This document shows positions 1-15,000 of a DNA stretch of 64,000 nucleotides, piece by piece. Origin of the DNA: Malacoraja senta (taxonomy: Eukaryota); NCBI GenBank assembly GCA_038087875.1, contig CM075985.1:25110001-25174000 (forward strand), in the 5' to 3' direction. The position numbers and the translations under genes were made by a program. The notes under the pieces are model-generated. The model was not told the origin of the DNA. It saw only the letters and a program-made list of their open reading frames with translations, and ran no database searches. How positions within the stretch are numbered: position 1 is the stretch's first letter; each line of letters begins with the position of its first letter.

Positions 1-12
1 TTGTTGTACTTC
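1..12 (-). CDS. Exon C, partial (cut by window edge)
   Basis: ttgttgtacttc|ctgttg matches the 5' part of exon C. Confidence 0.6.
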
Positions 13-3000
13 CTGTTGTAATTGTAATTTGGAAACAGAAAGAAAAATCATCAAATTGAAGACATTTTTGACTACGGCAAAGCAGTAAAATTGATCATCA
101 TCCACTATTTGGTTATTTTAGAGACACTCAATGTTAGAGCAAAAATAAATTATTGTTTTTTAATATAACATGGTCTCCTTCAGGTGGATAAGTGGAAATG
201 GCAACATTGGTACAAAAATCACTATTTAATCATGTGACGTTTTTCAAAACTTTTTTTACCTTACTAGACAAAATGGTGCTTGATTTTTTTGGCTATATCC
301 TGAGGCAACTTGAAATGCAGATTTGAGTTGATGGATTTGAGTCAAATACTCTCATTGTTTGCTTCTGTAATTATTTGGTGAATCTATTGAAAAAAGAACT
401 CACCACTTGTGGAACTGGTAGAGGGAGTTGTTGTTACTTTGGTTGTAGTTGGCTCTGCTGGAGAACAAGGGAAAGTATTAAAAAAATGCTGAATACCAGC
501 TCCATTAGCAACTAATTAGAGAGAGTGATTTGACAAACATGGTGAAGTGGATACGAAAAGTAATGATTAATGTGCAGTCCTCAAATACAACATAGCAAGG
601 TTAGGTACCATGGAGCAAACCATCAGTTGCACCTGTTCTTATAAATGTATTCTGACGTAATGATAGATAAATGAAAGGATGCATAGAGTACAGTGAACAT
701 GGGTGTCGCAATCTGTACACAGATTTAACTTGATTTGTAAATGCAGAGTGCAACTTTCAAACAAGGATCGATGCTGAATTTTTTGCAATTTGCGATACAT
801 TTCTAAAAGACTTGGAAGTAAGTGAAGATGGGTTGATTAGTAAGTTTGCAGATGACACCAAGATTGGTGTAGTTCTGGAAGAGTTTGGAAGTCATGTAAC
901 AGCTTTGTAGATCTTTGGTTAGGCCACATTTGAAGTATTGCGTGCAGTTTTGGTCTCAACACACAGGAAGCATTTGAAGGCTTTGGAGAGTGTAAAGAAC
1001 AGGTTGACCAGAATGCTGCCTAATGTAAGTTATTTGTTGTTCGGTTGGTAAAATTGGATTATTTTCTCGAGAAGATCGGAAGTTGAGGGAACACCTGATG
1101 GTAGTGTCTGGAAATATGAGACGCATAAATAGGGTAGAGTGTTATTTCCATGGTAGAAATGTCAAAGGCTAGAGGGCACAGCTTTAAGGTGAGTGGGGAA
1201 AAATGTAATGGAGATTACCGTATTAAGATTTTTAACAATTAAAAAAAAATGTTCGGCACAGATACTGTGGACCGAAGATATTGTGGATTGTGGTCCTGCG
1301 CTGTACTGTTGTATTTGACGATTTATAAAATGTCAGCCTAAGTGTACTACTTTCGCAAAAATTGCAACGTTGAAAATACTAAATAAGGATTGACATGTGC
1401 TTGCATTTCTAGTAAAACATGCATTTCTGATGTCATTTGAACAAATACTTCACTTACCAGATGTGGAACTGGGAGGAGGGGAATGTGTTGTTGATGCAGT
1501 TGTAACTGGGAAAACAAAAGTAAAAATTCAGCTGCTGCAGCTTTCTGATGTTGAGTACACTGATGATTAATAACGCCTTAATAGATGAAACTCCTTCTAT
1601 CTTGATCTGTAACAGGCAAACACTGATCCAAATCAATGCTCACTAGCTTTCAATTTATGTCAGATAGGGAAATATCTTATCCACTTCTATATTATTCAAG
1701 CAGGTGTACTGAATGTGGAAAGAACAAAATCATGAATTTAATTGCATCCTGTAAATGACAATAATCTTGTACATTTCCACAGACTGCTGCTCTTGATGAC
1801 ACTGCGCTGGTGAATGCATTCGTGTATTCATATACGTAACAATGCAATTTTTCTTATATCATTTGAAGAAATCCATCACTTACCAGTTGTTGAATGATGA
1901 ACAGACGGAGTGATTGTTGTACTTCCTGTTGTAATTATAATTTGGAAACAGAAAGAAAAATAATCAAATTGAAGACATTTTTGACTACTGCAAAGTAGTC
2001 AAATTGATCATCATCCACTATTTGGTTATTTTATAGACACTCAAGCTTAGAGCAAAAATAAATTATTGCTTTTTAATATAACATGGTCTCCTTCAGATGG
2101 ATGTGGAAATGTCAACATTGGTACAAAAATCACTATTTAATCATGTGACGTTTTTCAAAACTTTATTTACCTTACTAGACAAAATGGTGCTTGATTTTTT
2201 TGGCTATTTTCCTGAGGCAACTTGAAATGCAGATTTGAGTTGATGGATTTGTGTCAAATAATCTCATTGTTTTCTTTTGTAATTATTTGGTGATTCAATT
2301 GAAAAAAGAACTCACCACTTGTGAAACTGGTAGAGGGAGTTGTTGTTACTTTGGTTGTAGTTGGCTCTGCTGGAGAACAAGGGAAAGTATTAAAAAATGC
2401 TGCACATCAGCTCTATTTGCAGCTAATTAGAGAGAGTGACTTGACAAACATGGTTAAGTGGATACGAAAAGTAATGATTAATGTGCAGTCCTCAAATACA
2501 TCATAGCAAGGTTAGGTACCATGGAGCAAACCATCAGTTGCACCTGTTCTTATAAATGGATTCTGACGTAATGATAGATAAATGAAGGGATGCATAGAGT
2601 ACAGTGAACATGGGTGTCGCAATATGTACACAGATTTAACTTGATTTGTAAATGCAGAGTGCAACTTTCAAACAAGGATCGATGCTGAATTTTTTGCAAT
2701 TTGCGATACATTTCTAAAAGACTTGGAAGTAAATGAAGATGGGTTGATTAGTAAGTTTGAAGATGACACCAAGATTAGTGTAGTTCTGGAAGAGTTTGGA
2801 AGACATGTTACAGCTTTGTAGATCTTTGGTTAGGCCACATTTGAAGTATTGCGTGCAGTTTTGGTCTCAATACACAGGAAGCATTTGAAGGCTTTGGCGA
2901 GTGTAAAGAACAGGTTGACCAGAATGCTGCCTAATGTAAGATATTTGTTGTTCGGTTGATGAAATTGGATTATTTTCTCGAGAAGATCGGAAGTTGAGGG

Positions 3001-6000
3001 AACACCTGATGGTAGTGTCTGGAAATATGAGACGCATAAATAGGGTAGTGTTATTTCCAGGGTAGAAATGTCAAAGGCTAGAGGACACAGCTTTAAGGTG
3101 AGTGGGGGAAAATGTAATGGAGTTTACCGTATTAAGATTTTTAACATTTAAAAAAAAATGATCGGCACAGATACTGTGGACTGAAGATATTGTGGATTGT
3201 GGTCCTGCACTGTACTGTTGTATTTGACGATTTATAAAATGTCAGCCTAAGAGTACTACTTTCGCAAAAATTGCAACGTTGAAAATACTAAATAAGGATT
3301 GACATGTGCTTGCATTTCTAGTAAAACATGCATTTCTGGTCATTTCAACAAATCACTTACCAGATGTGGAACTGGGAGGAGGGTGATGTGTTGTTGATGC
3401 AGTTGTAACTGGGAAAACAAAAGTAAAAATTCAGCTGCTGCAGCTTTCTGATGTTGAGTACGCTGATGATTGATAACGCCTTAAGAGATGAAACTCCTTC
3501 TATCTCGATCTGTAACAGGCAAACTCTGATCCAAATCAATGCTCTAGCTTTCAATTATGTCATATAGGGAAATATCTTATCCACTTCTATATTATTCAAG
3601 CAGGTGTACTGAATGTGGAAAGATCAAAATCATGAATTTTATTGCATCCTGTAAATAACAATAATCTTGTACATTTCCACAGACTGCTGCTCTTGATGAA
3701 ACTGCGCTGGTGAATGCATTCGTGTATACATATACGTAACAATGCAATTGTTCTTATATCATTTGAAGAAATCCATCACTTACCAGTTGTTGAATGATGA
3801 ACAGACGGAGTGATTGTTGTACTTCCTGTTGTAATTGTAATTTGGAAACAGAAAGAAAAATAATCAAATTGAAGACATTTTTGACTACTGCAAAGCAGTA
3901 AAATTGATCATCATCCACTATTTGGTTATTTTATAGACACTCAATGTTAGAGCAAAAATAAATTATTGCTTTTTAATATAACATGGTCTCCTTCAGGTGG
4001 ATGTGGAAATGTCAACATTGGTACAAAAATCACTATAAAATGACTATAAAAATCACTATTTAATCACTATAAAAAATCACTATTTAAAACCACTATTGAG
4101 GAAGGACATCCTTGTGATTGAGTCAGTGCAGCGTAGGATCACGAGATTGATCCCAGGGATGGCAGGGATGGCATATGAGGAAAGATTGAAAAAACTAGGC
4201 TTGTATTCACTGGAGTTTAGAAGGATGAGGGGGTTTCTTATAGCAACATATAAAATTATAAAAGGACTGGACAAGCTAGAGGCAGGAAAATTGTTCCCAA
4301 TGTTGGGCGAGTCCAGAACCAGGAGCCACAGTCTTAGAATAAAGGGGAGGTCATTTAAGACTGAGGTGAGAAAAAACATTTTCACCCAGTTAGTTGTGAA
4401 TTTATGGAATTCCCTGACACAGAGGGCAGTGGAGGTCAAATCACTGGATGGATTTAAGAGAGAGTTAGATAGAGCTCTAGGGTCTAGTGGAGTCAAGGGA
4501 TATGGGGAGAAGACAGGCACGGGTTATTGATAGGGGACGATCAGCCATGATCATAATGAATGGCGGTGCTGTTTCGAAGGGCCGAATGGCCTCCTCCTCC
4601 ACCTATTTTCTTTGTTTCTATGTTGCAATGTTTCTATGTTAATCATGTGACGTTTTTCAAAACTTTATTTACCTTACTAGACACAATGGTGCTTGATTGT
4701 TTTGGCTATTTCCTGAGGCAACTTGAAATGCAGATTTGAGTTGATGGATTTGTGTCAAATACTCTCATTGTTTGCTTTTGTAATTATTTGGTGATTCTAT
4801 TGAAAAAAGAACTCACCACTTGTGGAACTGGTAGAGGGAGTTGTTGTTACTTTGGTTGTACTTGGCTCTGCTGACGAACAAGGGAAAGTATTAAAAAATG
4901 CTGCACACCAGCTCCATTTGCAACTAATTAGAGAGAGTGACTTGACAAACATGGTGAAGTGGATACGACAAGTAATGATTAATGTGCAGTCCTCAAATAC
5001 AACATAGCAAGGTTAGGTACCATGGAGCAAACCATCAGTTGCACCTGTTCTTATAAATGTATTCTGACGTAATGATAGATAAATTAGGGGATGCATAGAG
5101 TACAGTGAACATGAGTGTCGCAATCTGTTCACAGATTTAACTTGATTTGTAAATGCAGAGTGCAACTTTCAAACAAGGATCGATGCTGAATTTTTTGCAA
5201 TTTGCGATACATTTCTAAAAGTCTTGGAAGTACATGTAGATGGGTTGATTAGTAAGTTTGCAGATGACACCAAGATTGGTATAGTTCTGGAAGAGTTTGG
5301 AAGTCATGTAACAGATTTGTAGATCTTTGGTTAGGCCACATTTGAAGTATTCAATGCTCTAGCTTTCAATTATGTCATATAGGGAAATATCTTATCCACT
5401 TCTATATTATTCAAGCAGGTATACTGAATGTGGAAAGAACAAAATCATGAATTTTATTGCATCCTGTAAATGACAATAATCTTGTACATTTCCACAGACT
5501 GCTGCTCTTCATGAAACTACGCTGGTGAATGCATTCGTGTATTCATATACGTAACAATGCAATTTTTCTTGTATCATTTGAAGAAATCCATCACTTACCA
5601 GTTGTTGAATGATGAACAGACGGAGTGATTGTTGTACTTCCTGTTGTAATTGTAATTTGGAAACAGAAAGAAAAATCATCAAATTGAAGACATTTTTGAC
5701 TACGGCAAAGCAGTAAAATTGATCATCATCCACTATTTGGTTATTTTAGAGACACTCAATGTTAGAGCAAAAATAAATTATTGTTTTTTAATATAACATG
5801 GTCTCCTTCAGGTGGATAAGTGGAAATGGCAACATTGGTACAAAAATCACTATTTAATCATGTGACGTTTTTCAAAACTTTTTTTACCTTACTAGACAAA
5901 ATGGTGCTTGATTTTTTTGGCTATATCCTGAGGCAACTTGAAATGCAGATTTGAGTTGATGGATTTGAGTCAAATACTCTAATTGTTTGCTTTTGTATTT

Positions 6001-9000
6001 ATTTGGTGAATCTATTGAAAAAAGAACTCACCACTTGTGGAACTGGTAGAGGGAGTTGTTGTTACTTTGGTTGTAGTTGGCTCTGCTGGAGAACAAGGGA
6101 AAGTATTAAAAAAATGCTGAATACCAGCTCCATTAGCAACTAATTAGAGAGAGTGATTTGACAAACATGGTGAAGTGGATACGAAAAGTAATGATTAATG
6201 TGCAGTCCTCAAATACAACATAGCAAGGTTAGGTACCATGGAGCAAACCATCAGTTGCACCTGTTCTTATAAATGTATTCTGACGTAATGATAGATAAAT
6301 GAAAGGATGCATAGAGTACAGTGAACATGGGTGTCGCAATCTGTACACAGATTTAACTTGATTTGTAAATGCAGAGTGCAACTTTCAAACAAGGATCGAT
6401 GCTGAATTTTTTGCAATTTGCGATACATTTCTAAAAGACTTGGAAGTAAGTGAAGATGGGTTGATTAGTAAGTTTGCAGATGACACCAAGATTGGTATAG
6501 TTCTGGAAGAGTTTGGAAGTCATGTAACAGCTTTGTAGATCTTTGGTTAGGCCACATTTGAAGTATTGCGTGCAGTTTTGGTCTCAACACACAGGAAGCA
6601 TTTGAAGGCTTTGGAGAGTGTAAAGAACAGGTTGACCAGAATGCTGCCTAATGTAAGTTATTTGTTGTTCGGTTGGTAAAATTGGATTATTTTCTCGAGA
6701 AGATCGGAAGTTGAGGGAACACCTGATGGTAGTGTCTGGAAATATGAGACGCATAAATAGGGTAGAGTGTTATTTCCATGGTAGAAATGTCAAAGGCTAG
6801 AGGGCACAGCTTTAAGGTGAGTGGGGGAAAATGTAATGGAGATTACCGTATTAAGATTTTTAACAATTAAAAAAAAATGTTCGGCACAGATACTGTGGAC
6901 CGAAGATATTGTGGATTGTGGTCCTGCGCTGTACTGTTGTATTTGACGATTTATAAAATGTCAGCCTAAGTGTACTACTTTCGCAAAAATTGCAACGTTG
7001 AAAATACTAAATAAGGATTGACATGTGCTTGCATTTCTAGTAAAACATGCATTTCTGATGTCATTTCAACAAATACTTCACTTACCAGATGTGGAACTGG
7101 GAGGAGGGGAATGTGTTGTTGATGCAGTTGTAACTGGGAAAACAAAAGTAAAAATTCAGCTGCTGCAGCTTTCTGATGTTGAGTACACTGATGATTAATA
7201 ACGCCTTAATAGATGAAACTCCTTCTATCTTGATCTGTAACAGGCAAACACTGATCCAAATCAATGCTCACTAGCTTTCAATTTATGTCATATAGGGAAA
7301 TATCTTATCCACTTCTATATTATTCAAGCATGTGTACTGAATGTGGAAAGAACAAAATCATGAATTTAATTGCATCCTGTAAATGACAATAATCTTGTAC
7401 ATTTCCACAGACTGCTGCTCTTGATGACACTGCGCTGGTGAATGCATTCGTGTATTCATATACGTAACAATGCAATTTTTCTTATATCATTTGAAGAAAT
7501 CCATCACTTACCAGTTGTTGAATGATGAACAGATGGAGTGATTGTTGTACTTCCTGTTGTAATTATAATTTGGAAACAGAAAGAAAAATAATCAAATTGA
7601 AGACATTTTTGACTACTGCAAAGTAGTCAAATTGATCATCATCCACTATTTGGTTATTTTATAGACACTCAAGGTTAGAGCAAAAATAAATTATTGCTTT
7701 TTAATATAACATGGTCTCCTTCAGGTGGATGTGGAAATGTCAACATTGGTACAAAAATCACTATTTAATCATGTGACGTTTTTCAAAACTTTCTTTACCT
7801 TACTAGACAAAATGGTGCTTGATTTTTTTGGCTATTTTCCAGAGGCAACTTGAAATGCAGATTTGAGTTGATGGATTTGTGTCAAATAATCTCATTGTTT
7901 GCTTTTGTAATTATTTGGTGATTCTATTGAAAAAAGAACTCACCACTTGTGAAACTGGTAGAGGGAGTTGTTGTTACTTTGGTTGTACTTGGCTCTGCTG
8001 ACGAACAAGGGAAAGTATTAAAAAATGCTGCACACCAGCTCCATTTGCAACTAATTAGAGAGAGTGACTTGACAAACATGGTGAAGTGGATACGACAAGT
8101 AATGATTAATGTGCAGTCCTCAAATACAACATAGCAAGGTTAGGTACCATGGAGCAAACCATCAGTTGCACCTGTTCTTATAAATGTATTCTGACGTAAT
8201 GATAGATAAATTAGGGGATGCATAGAGTACAGTTAACATGGGTGTCGCAATCTGTACACAGATTTAACTTGATTTGTAAATGCAGAGTGCAACTTTCAAA
8301 CAAGGATCGATGCTGAATTTTTTGCAATTTGCGATACATTTCTAAAAGTCTTGGAAGTACATGTAGATGGGTTGATTAGTAAGTTTGCAGATGACACCAA
8401 GATTGGTATAGTTCTGGAAGAGTTTGGAAGTCATGTAACAGCTTTGTAGATCTTTGGTTAGGCCACATTTGAAGTATTCAATGCTCTAGCTTTCAATTAT
8501 GTCATATAGGGAAATATCTTATCCACTTCTATATTATTCAAGCAGGTGTACTGAATGTGGAAAGAACAAAATCATGAATTTTATTGCATCCTGTAAATGA
8601 CAATAATCTTGTACATTTCCACAGACTGCTGCTCTTGATGAAACTACGCTGGTGAATGCATTCGTGTATTCATATACGTAACAATGCAATTTTTCTTATA
8701 TCATTTGAAGAAATCCATCACTTACCAGTTGTTGAATGATGAACAGACGGAGTGATTGTTGTACTTCCTGTTGTAATTGTAATTTGGAAACAGAAAGAAA
8801 AATCATCAAATTGAAGACATTTTTGACTACGGCAAAGCAGTAAAATTGATCATCATCCACTATTTGGTTATTTTAGAGACACTCAATGTTAGAGCAAAAA
8901 TAAATTATTGTTTTTTAATATAACATGGTCTCCTTCAGGTGGATAAGTGGAAATGGCAACATTGGTACAAAAATCACTATTTAATCATGTGACGTTTTTC

Positions 9001-12000
9001 AAAACTTTTTTTACCTTACTAGACAAAATGGTGCTTGATTTTTTTGGCTATATCCTGAGGCAACTTGAAATGCAGATTTGAGTTGATGGATTTGAGTCAA
9101 ATACTCTCATTGTTTGCTTTTGTAATTATTTGGTGAATCTATTGAAAAAAGAACTCACCACTTGTGGAACTGGTAGAGGGAGTTGTTGTTACTTTGGTTG
9201 TAGTTGGCTCTGCTGGAGAACAAGGGAAAGTATTAAAAAAAATGCTGAATACCAGCTCCATTAGCAACTCATTAGAGAGAGTGACTTGACAAACATGGTG
9301 AAGTGGATACGAAAAGTAATGATTAATGTGCAGTCCTCAAATACAACATAGCAAGGTTAGGTACCATGGAGCAAACCATCAGTTGCACCTGTTCTTATAA
9401 ATGTATTCTGACGTAATGATAGATAAATGAAGGGATGCATAGAGTACAGTGAACATGGGTGTCGCAATCTGTACACAGATTTAACTTGATTTGTAAATGC
9501 AGAGTGCAACTTTCAAACAAGGATCGATGCTGAATTTTTTGCAATTTGCGATACATTTTTAAAAGACTTGGAAGTAAGTGAAGATGGGTTGATTAGTAAG
9601 TTTGAAGATGACACCAAGATTGGTATAGTTCTGGAAGAGTTTGGAAGTCATGTTACAGCTTTGTAGATCTTTGGTTAGGCCACATTTGAAGTATTGCGTG
9701 CAGTTTTGGTCTCAACACACAGGAAGCATTTGAAGGCTTTGGAGAGTGTAATGAACAGGTTGACCAGAATGCTGCCTAATGTAAGTTATTTGTTGTTCGG
9801 TTGGTAAAATTGGATTATTTTCTCGAGAAGATCGGAAGTTGAGGGAACACCTGATGGTAGTGTCTGGAAATATGAGACGCATAAATAGGGTAGAGTGTTA
9901 TTTCCAGGGTAGAAATGTCAAAGGCTAGAGGGCACAGCTTTAAGGTGAGTGGGGGGAAATGTAATGGAGATTACCGTATTAAGATTTTTAACAATTAAAA
10001 AAAAATGTTTGGCACAGATACTGTGGACTGAAGATATTGTGGATTGTGGTCCTGCGCTGTACTGTTGTATTTGACGATTTATAAAATGTCAGCCTAAGAG
10101 TACTAGTTTCGCAAAAATTGCAACGTTGAAAATACTAAATAAGGATTGACATGTGCTTGCATTTCTAGTAAAACATGCATTTCTGATGTCATTTGAACAA
10201 ATACTTCACTTACCAGATGTGGAACTGGGAGGAGGGGAATGTGTTGTTGATGCAGTTGTAACTGGGAAAACAAAAGTAAAAATTCAGCTGCTGCAGCTTT
10301 CTGATGTTGAGTACACTGATGATTGATAACGCCTTAAGAAATGAAACTCCTTCTATCTTGATCTGTAACAGGCAAACACTGATCCAAATCAATGCTCACT
10401 AGCTTTCAATTTATGTCATATAGGGAAATATCTTATCCACTTCTATATTATTCAAGCAGGTGTACTGAATGTGGAAAGAACAAAATCATGAATTTAATTG
10501 CATCCTGTAAATTACAATAATCTTGTACATTTCCACAGACTGCTGCTCTTGATGAAACTGCGCTGGTGAATGCATTCGTGTATTCATATACGTAACAATG
10601 CAATTTTTCTTATATCATTTGAAGAAATATATCACTTACCAGTTGTTGAATGATGAACAGACGGAGTGATTGTTGTACTTCCTGTTGTAATTATAATTTG
10701 GAAACAGAAAGAAAAATAATCAAATTGAAGACATTTTTGACTACTGCAAAGCAGTAAAATTGATCATCATCCACTATTTGGTTATTTTAGAGACACTCAA
10801 GGTTAGAGCAAAAATAAATTATTGCTTTTTAATATAACATGGTCTCCTTCAGGTGGATAAGTGGAAATGTCAACATTGGTACAAAAATCACTATTTAATC
10901 ATGTGATGTTTTTCAAAACTTTATTTACCTTACTAGACAAAATGGTGCTTGATTTTTTTGGCTATTTTCCTGAGGCAACTTGAAATGCAGATTTGAGTTG
11001 ATGGATTTGTGTCAAATAATCTCATTGTTTGCTTTTGTAATTATTTGGTGATTCTATTGAAAAAAGAACTCACCACTTGTGGAACTGGTAGAGGGAGTTG
11101 TTGTTACTTTGGTTGTAGTTGGCTCTGCTGGAGAACAAGGGAAAGTATTAAAAAATGCTGCACATCAGCTCCATTTGCAGCTAATTAGAGAGAGTGACTT
11201 GACAAACATGGTGAAGTGGATACGAAAAGTAATGATTAATGTGCAGTCCTCAAATACAACATAGCAAGGTTAGGTACCATGGAGCAAACCATCAGTTGCA
11301 CCTGTTCTTATAAATGGATTCTGACGTAATGATAGATAAATGAAGGGATGCATAGAGTACAGTGAACATGGGTGTCGCAATATGTACACAGATTTAACTT
11401 GATTTGTAAATGCAGAGTGCAACTTTCAAACAAGGATCGATGCTGAATTTTTTGCAATTTGCGATACATTTCTAAAAGACTTGGAAGTAAGTGAAGATGG
11501 GTTGATTAGTAAGTTTGAAGATGACACCAAGATTGGTGTAGTTCTGGAAGAGTTTGGAAGCCATGTTACAGCTTTGTAGATCTTTGGTTAGGCCACATTT
11601 GAAGTATTGCGTGCAGTTTTGGTCTCAACACACAGGAAGCATTTGAAGGCTTTGGAGAGTGTAAAGAACAGGTTGACCAGAATGTTGCCAAATGTAAGAT
11701 ATTTGTTGTTCGGTTGGTAAAATTGGATTATTTTCTCGAGAAGATCGGAAGTTGAGGGAACACCTGATGGTAGTGTCTGGAAATATGAGACGCATAAATA
11801 GGGTAGAGTGTTATTTCCATGGTAGAAATGTCAAAGGCTAGAGGGCACAGCTTTAAGGTGAGTGGGGGAAAATGTAATGGAGATTACCGTATTAAGATTT
11901 TTAAAAATTAAAAAAAAATGTTTGGCACAGATACTGTGGACTGAAGATATTGTGGATTGTGGTCCTGCGCTGTACTGTTGTATTTGACAATTTATAAAAT

Positions 12001-15000
12001 GTCAGCCTAAGAGTACTACTTTCGCAAAAATTGCAACGTTGAAAATACTAAATAAGGATTGACATGTGCTTGCATTTCTAGTAAAACATGCATTTCTGAT
12101 GTCATTTGAACAAATACTTCACTTACCAGATGTGGAACTGGGAGGAGGGGAATGTGTTGTTGATGCAGTTGTAACTGGGAAAACAAAAGTAAAAATTCAA
12201 CTGCTGCAGCTTTCTGATGTTGAGTACACTGATGATTAATAACGCCTTAATAGATGAAACTCCTTCTATCTTGATCTGTAACAGGCAAACACTGATCCAA
12301 ATCAATGCTCACTAGCTTTCAATTTATGTCAGATAGGGAAATATCTTATCCACTTCTATATTATTCAAGCAGGTGTACTGAATGTGGAAAGAACAAAATC
12401 ATGAATTTAATTGCATCCTGTAAATGACAATAATCTTGTACATTTCCACAGACTGCTGCTCTTGATGACACTGCGCTGGTTAATGCATTCGTGTATTCAT
12501 ATACGTAACAATGCAATTTTTCTTATATCATTTGAAGAAATCCATCACTTACCAGTTGTTGAATGATGAACAGACGGAGTGATTGTTGTACTTCCTGTTG
12601 TAATTATAATTTGGAAACAGAAAGAAAAATAATCAAATTGAAGACATTTTTGACTACTGCAAAGTAGTCAAATTGATCATCATCCACTATTTGGTTATTT
12701 TATAGACACTCAAGCTTAGAGCAAAAATAAATTATTGCTTTTTAATATAACATGGTCTCCTTCAGGTGGATGTGGAAATGTCAACATTGGTACAAAAATC
12801 ACTATTTAATCATGTGACGTTTTTCAAAACTTTATTTACCTTACTAGACAAAATGGTGCTTGATTTTTTTGGCTATTTTCCTGAGGCAACTTGAAATGCA
12901 GATTTGAGTTGATGGATTTGTGTCAAATAATCTCATTGTTTTCTTTTGTAATTATTTGGTGATTCTATTGAAAAAAGAACTCACCACTTGTGAAACTGGT
13001 AGAGGGAGTTGTTGTTACTTTGGTTGTAGTTGGCTCTGCTGGAGAACAAGGGAAAGTATTAAAAAATGCTGCACATCAGCTCTATTTGCAGCTAATTAGA
13101 GAGAGTGACTTGACAAACATGGTTAAGTGGATACGAAAAGTAATGATTAATGTGCAGTCCTCAAATACATCATAGCAAGGTTAGGTACCATGGAGCAAAC
13201 CATCAGTTGCACCTGTTCTTATAAATGGATTCTGACGTAATGATAGATAAATGAAGGGATGCATAGAGTACAGTGAACATGGGTGTCGCAATATGTACAC
13301 AGATTTAACTTGATTTGTAAATGCAGAGTGCAACTTTCAAACAAGGATCGATGCTGAATTTTTTGCAATTTGCGATACATTTCTAAAAGACTTGGAAGTA
13401 AATGAAGATGGGTTGATTAGTAAGTTTGAAGATGACACCAAGATTAGTGTAGTTCTGGAAGAGTTTGGAAGACATGTTACAGCTTTGTAGATCTTTGGTT
13501 AGGCCACATTTGAAGTATTGCGTGCAGTTTTGGTCTCAACACACAGGAAGCATTTGAAGGCTTTGGCGAGTGTAAAGAACAGGTTGACCAGAATGCTGCC
13601 TAATGTAAGTTATTTGTTGTTCGGTTGATGAAATTGGATTATTTTCTCGAGAAGATCGGAAGTTGAGGGAACACCTGATGGTAGTGTCTGGAAATATGAG
13701 ACGCATAAATAGGGTAGTGTTATTTCCAGGGTAGAAATGTCAAAGGCTAGAGGACACAGCTTTAAGGTGAGTGGGGGAAAATGTAATGGAGTTTACCGTA
13801 TTAAGATTTTTAACATTTTTAAAAAAATGATCGGCACAGATACTGTGGACTGAAGATATTGTGGATTGTGGTCCTGCGCTGTACTGTTGTATTTGACGAT
13901 TTATAAAATGTCAGCCGAAGAGTACTACTTTCGCAAAAATTGCAACGTTGAAAATACTAAATAAGGATTGACATGTGCTTGCATTTCTTGTAAAACATGC
14001 ATTTCTGGTCATTTGAACAATACTTCACTTACCAGATGTGGAACTGGGAGGAGGGTGATGTGTTGTTGATGCAGTTGTAACTGGGAAAACAAAAGTAAAA
14101 ATTCAGCTGCTGCAGCTTTCTGATGTTGAGTACACTGATGATTGATAACGCCTTAATAGATGAAACTCCTTCTATCTCGATCTGTAACAGGCAAACTCTG
14201 ATCCAAATCAATGCTCTAGCTTTCAATTATGTCATATAGAGAAATATCTTATCCACTTCTATATTATTCAAGCAGGTGTACTGAATGTGGAAAGAACAAA
14301 ATCATGAATTTTATTGCATCCTGTAAATGGGAATAATCTTGTACATTTCCACAGACTGCTGCTCTTGATGAAACTGCGCTGGTGAATGCATTCGTGTATT
14401 CATATACGTAACAATGCAATTTTTCTTATATCATTTGAAGAAATCCATCACTTACCAGTTGTTGAATGATGAACAGACGGAGTGATTGTTGTACTTCCTG
14501 TTGTAATTGTAATTTGGAAACAGAAAGAAAAATAATCAAATTGAAGACATTTTTGACTACTGCAAAGCAGTAAAATTGATCATCATCCACTATTTGGTTA
14601 TTTTATAGACACTCAATGTTAGAGCAAAAATAAATTATTGTTTTTTTAATATAACATGGTCTCCTTCGGTGGATAAGTGGAAATGGCAACATTGGTACAA
14701 AAATCACTATTTAATCATGTGATGTTTTTCAAAACTTTATTTACCTTACCAGACAAAATGGTGCTTGATTTTTTTGGCTATATCCTGAGGCAACTTGAAA
14801 TGCAGATTTGAGTTGATGGATTTGAGTCAAATACTCTAATTGTTTGCTTTTGTATTTATTTGGTGAATCTATTGAAAAAAGAACTCACCACTTGTGGAAC
14901 TGGTAGTGGGAGTTGTTGTTACTTTGGTTGTAGTTGGCTCTGCTGGAGAACAAGGGAAAGTATTAAAAAATGCTGAATACTAGCTCCATTAGCAACTAAT

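Noticed and set aside
4080-4520. 146-aa minus-strand ORF (also 26163..26603)
   Set aside because: Antisense shadow of CR1 ORF2
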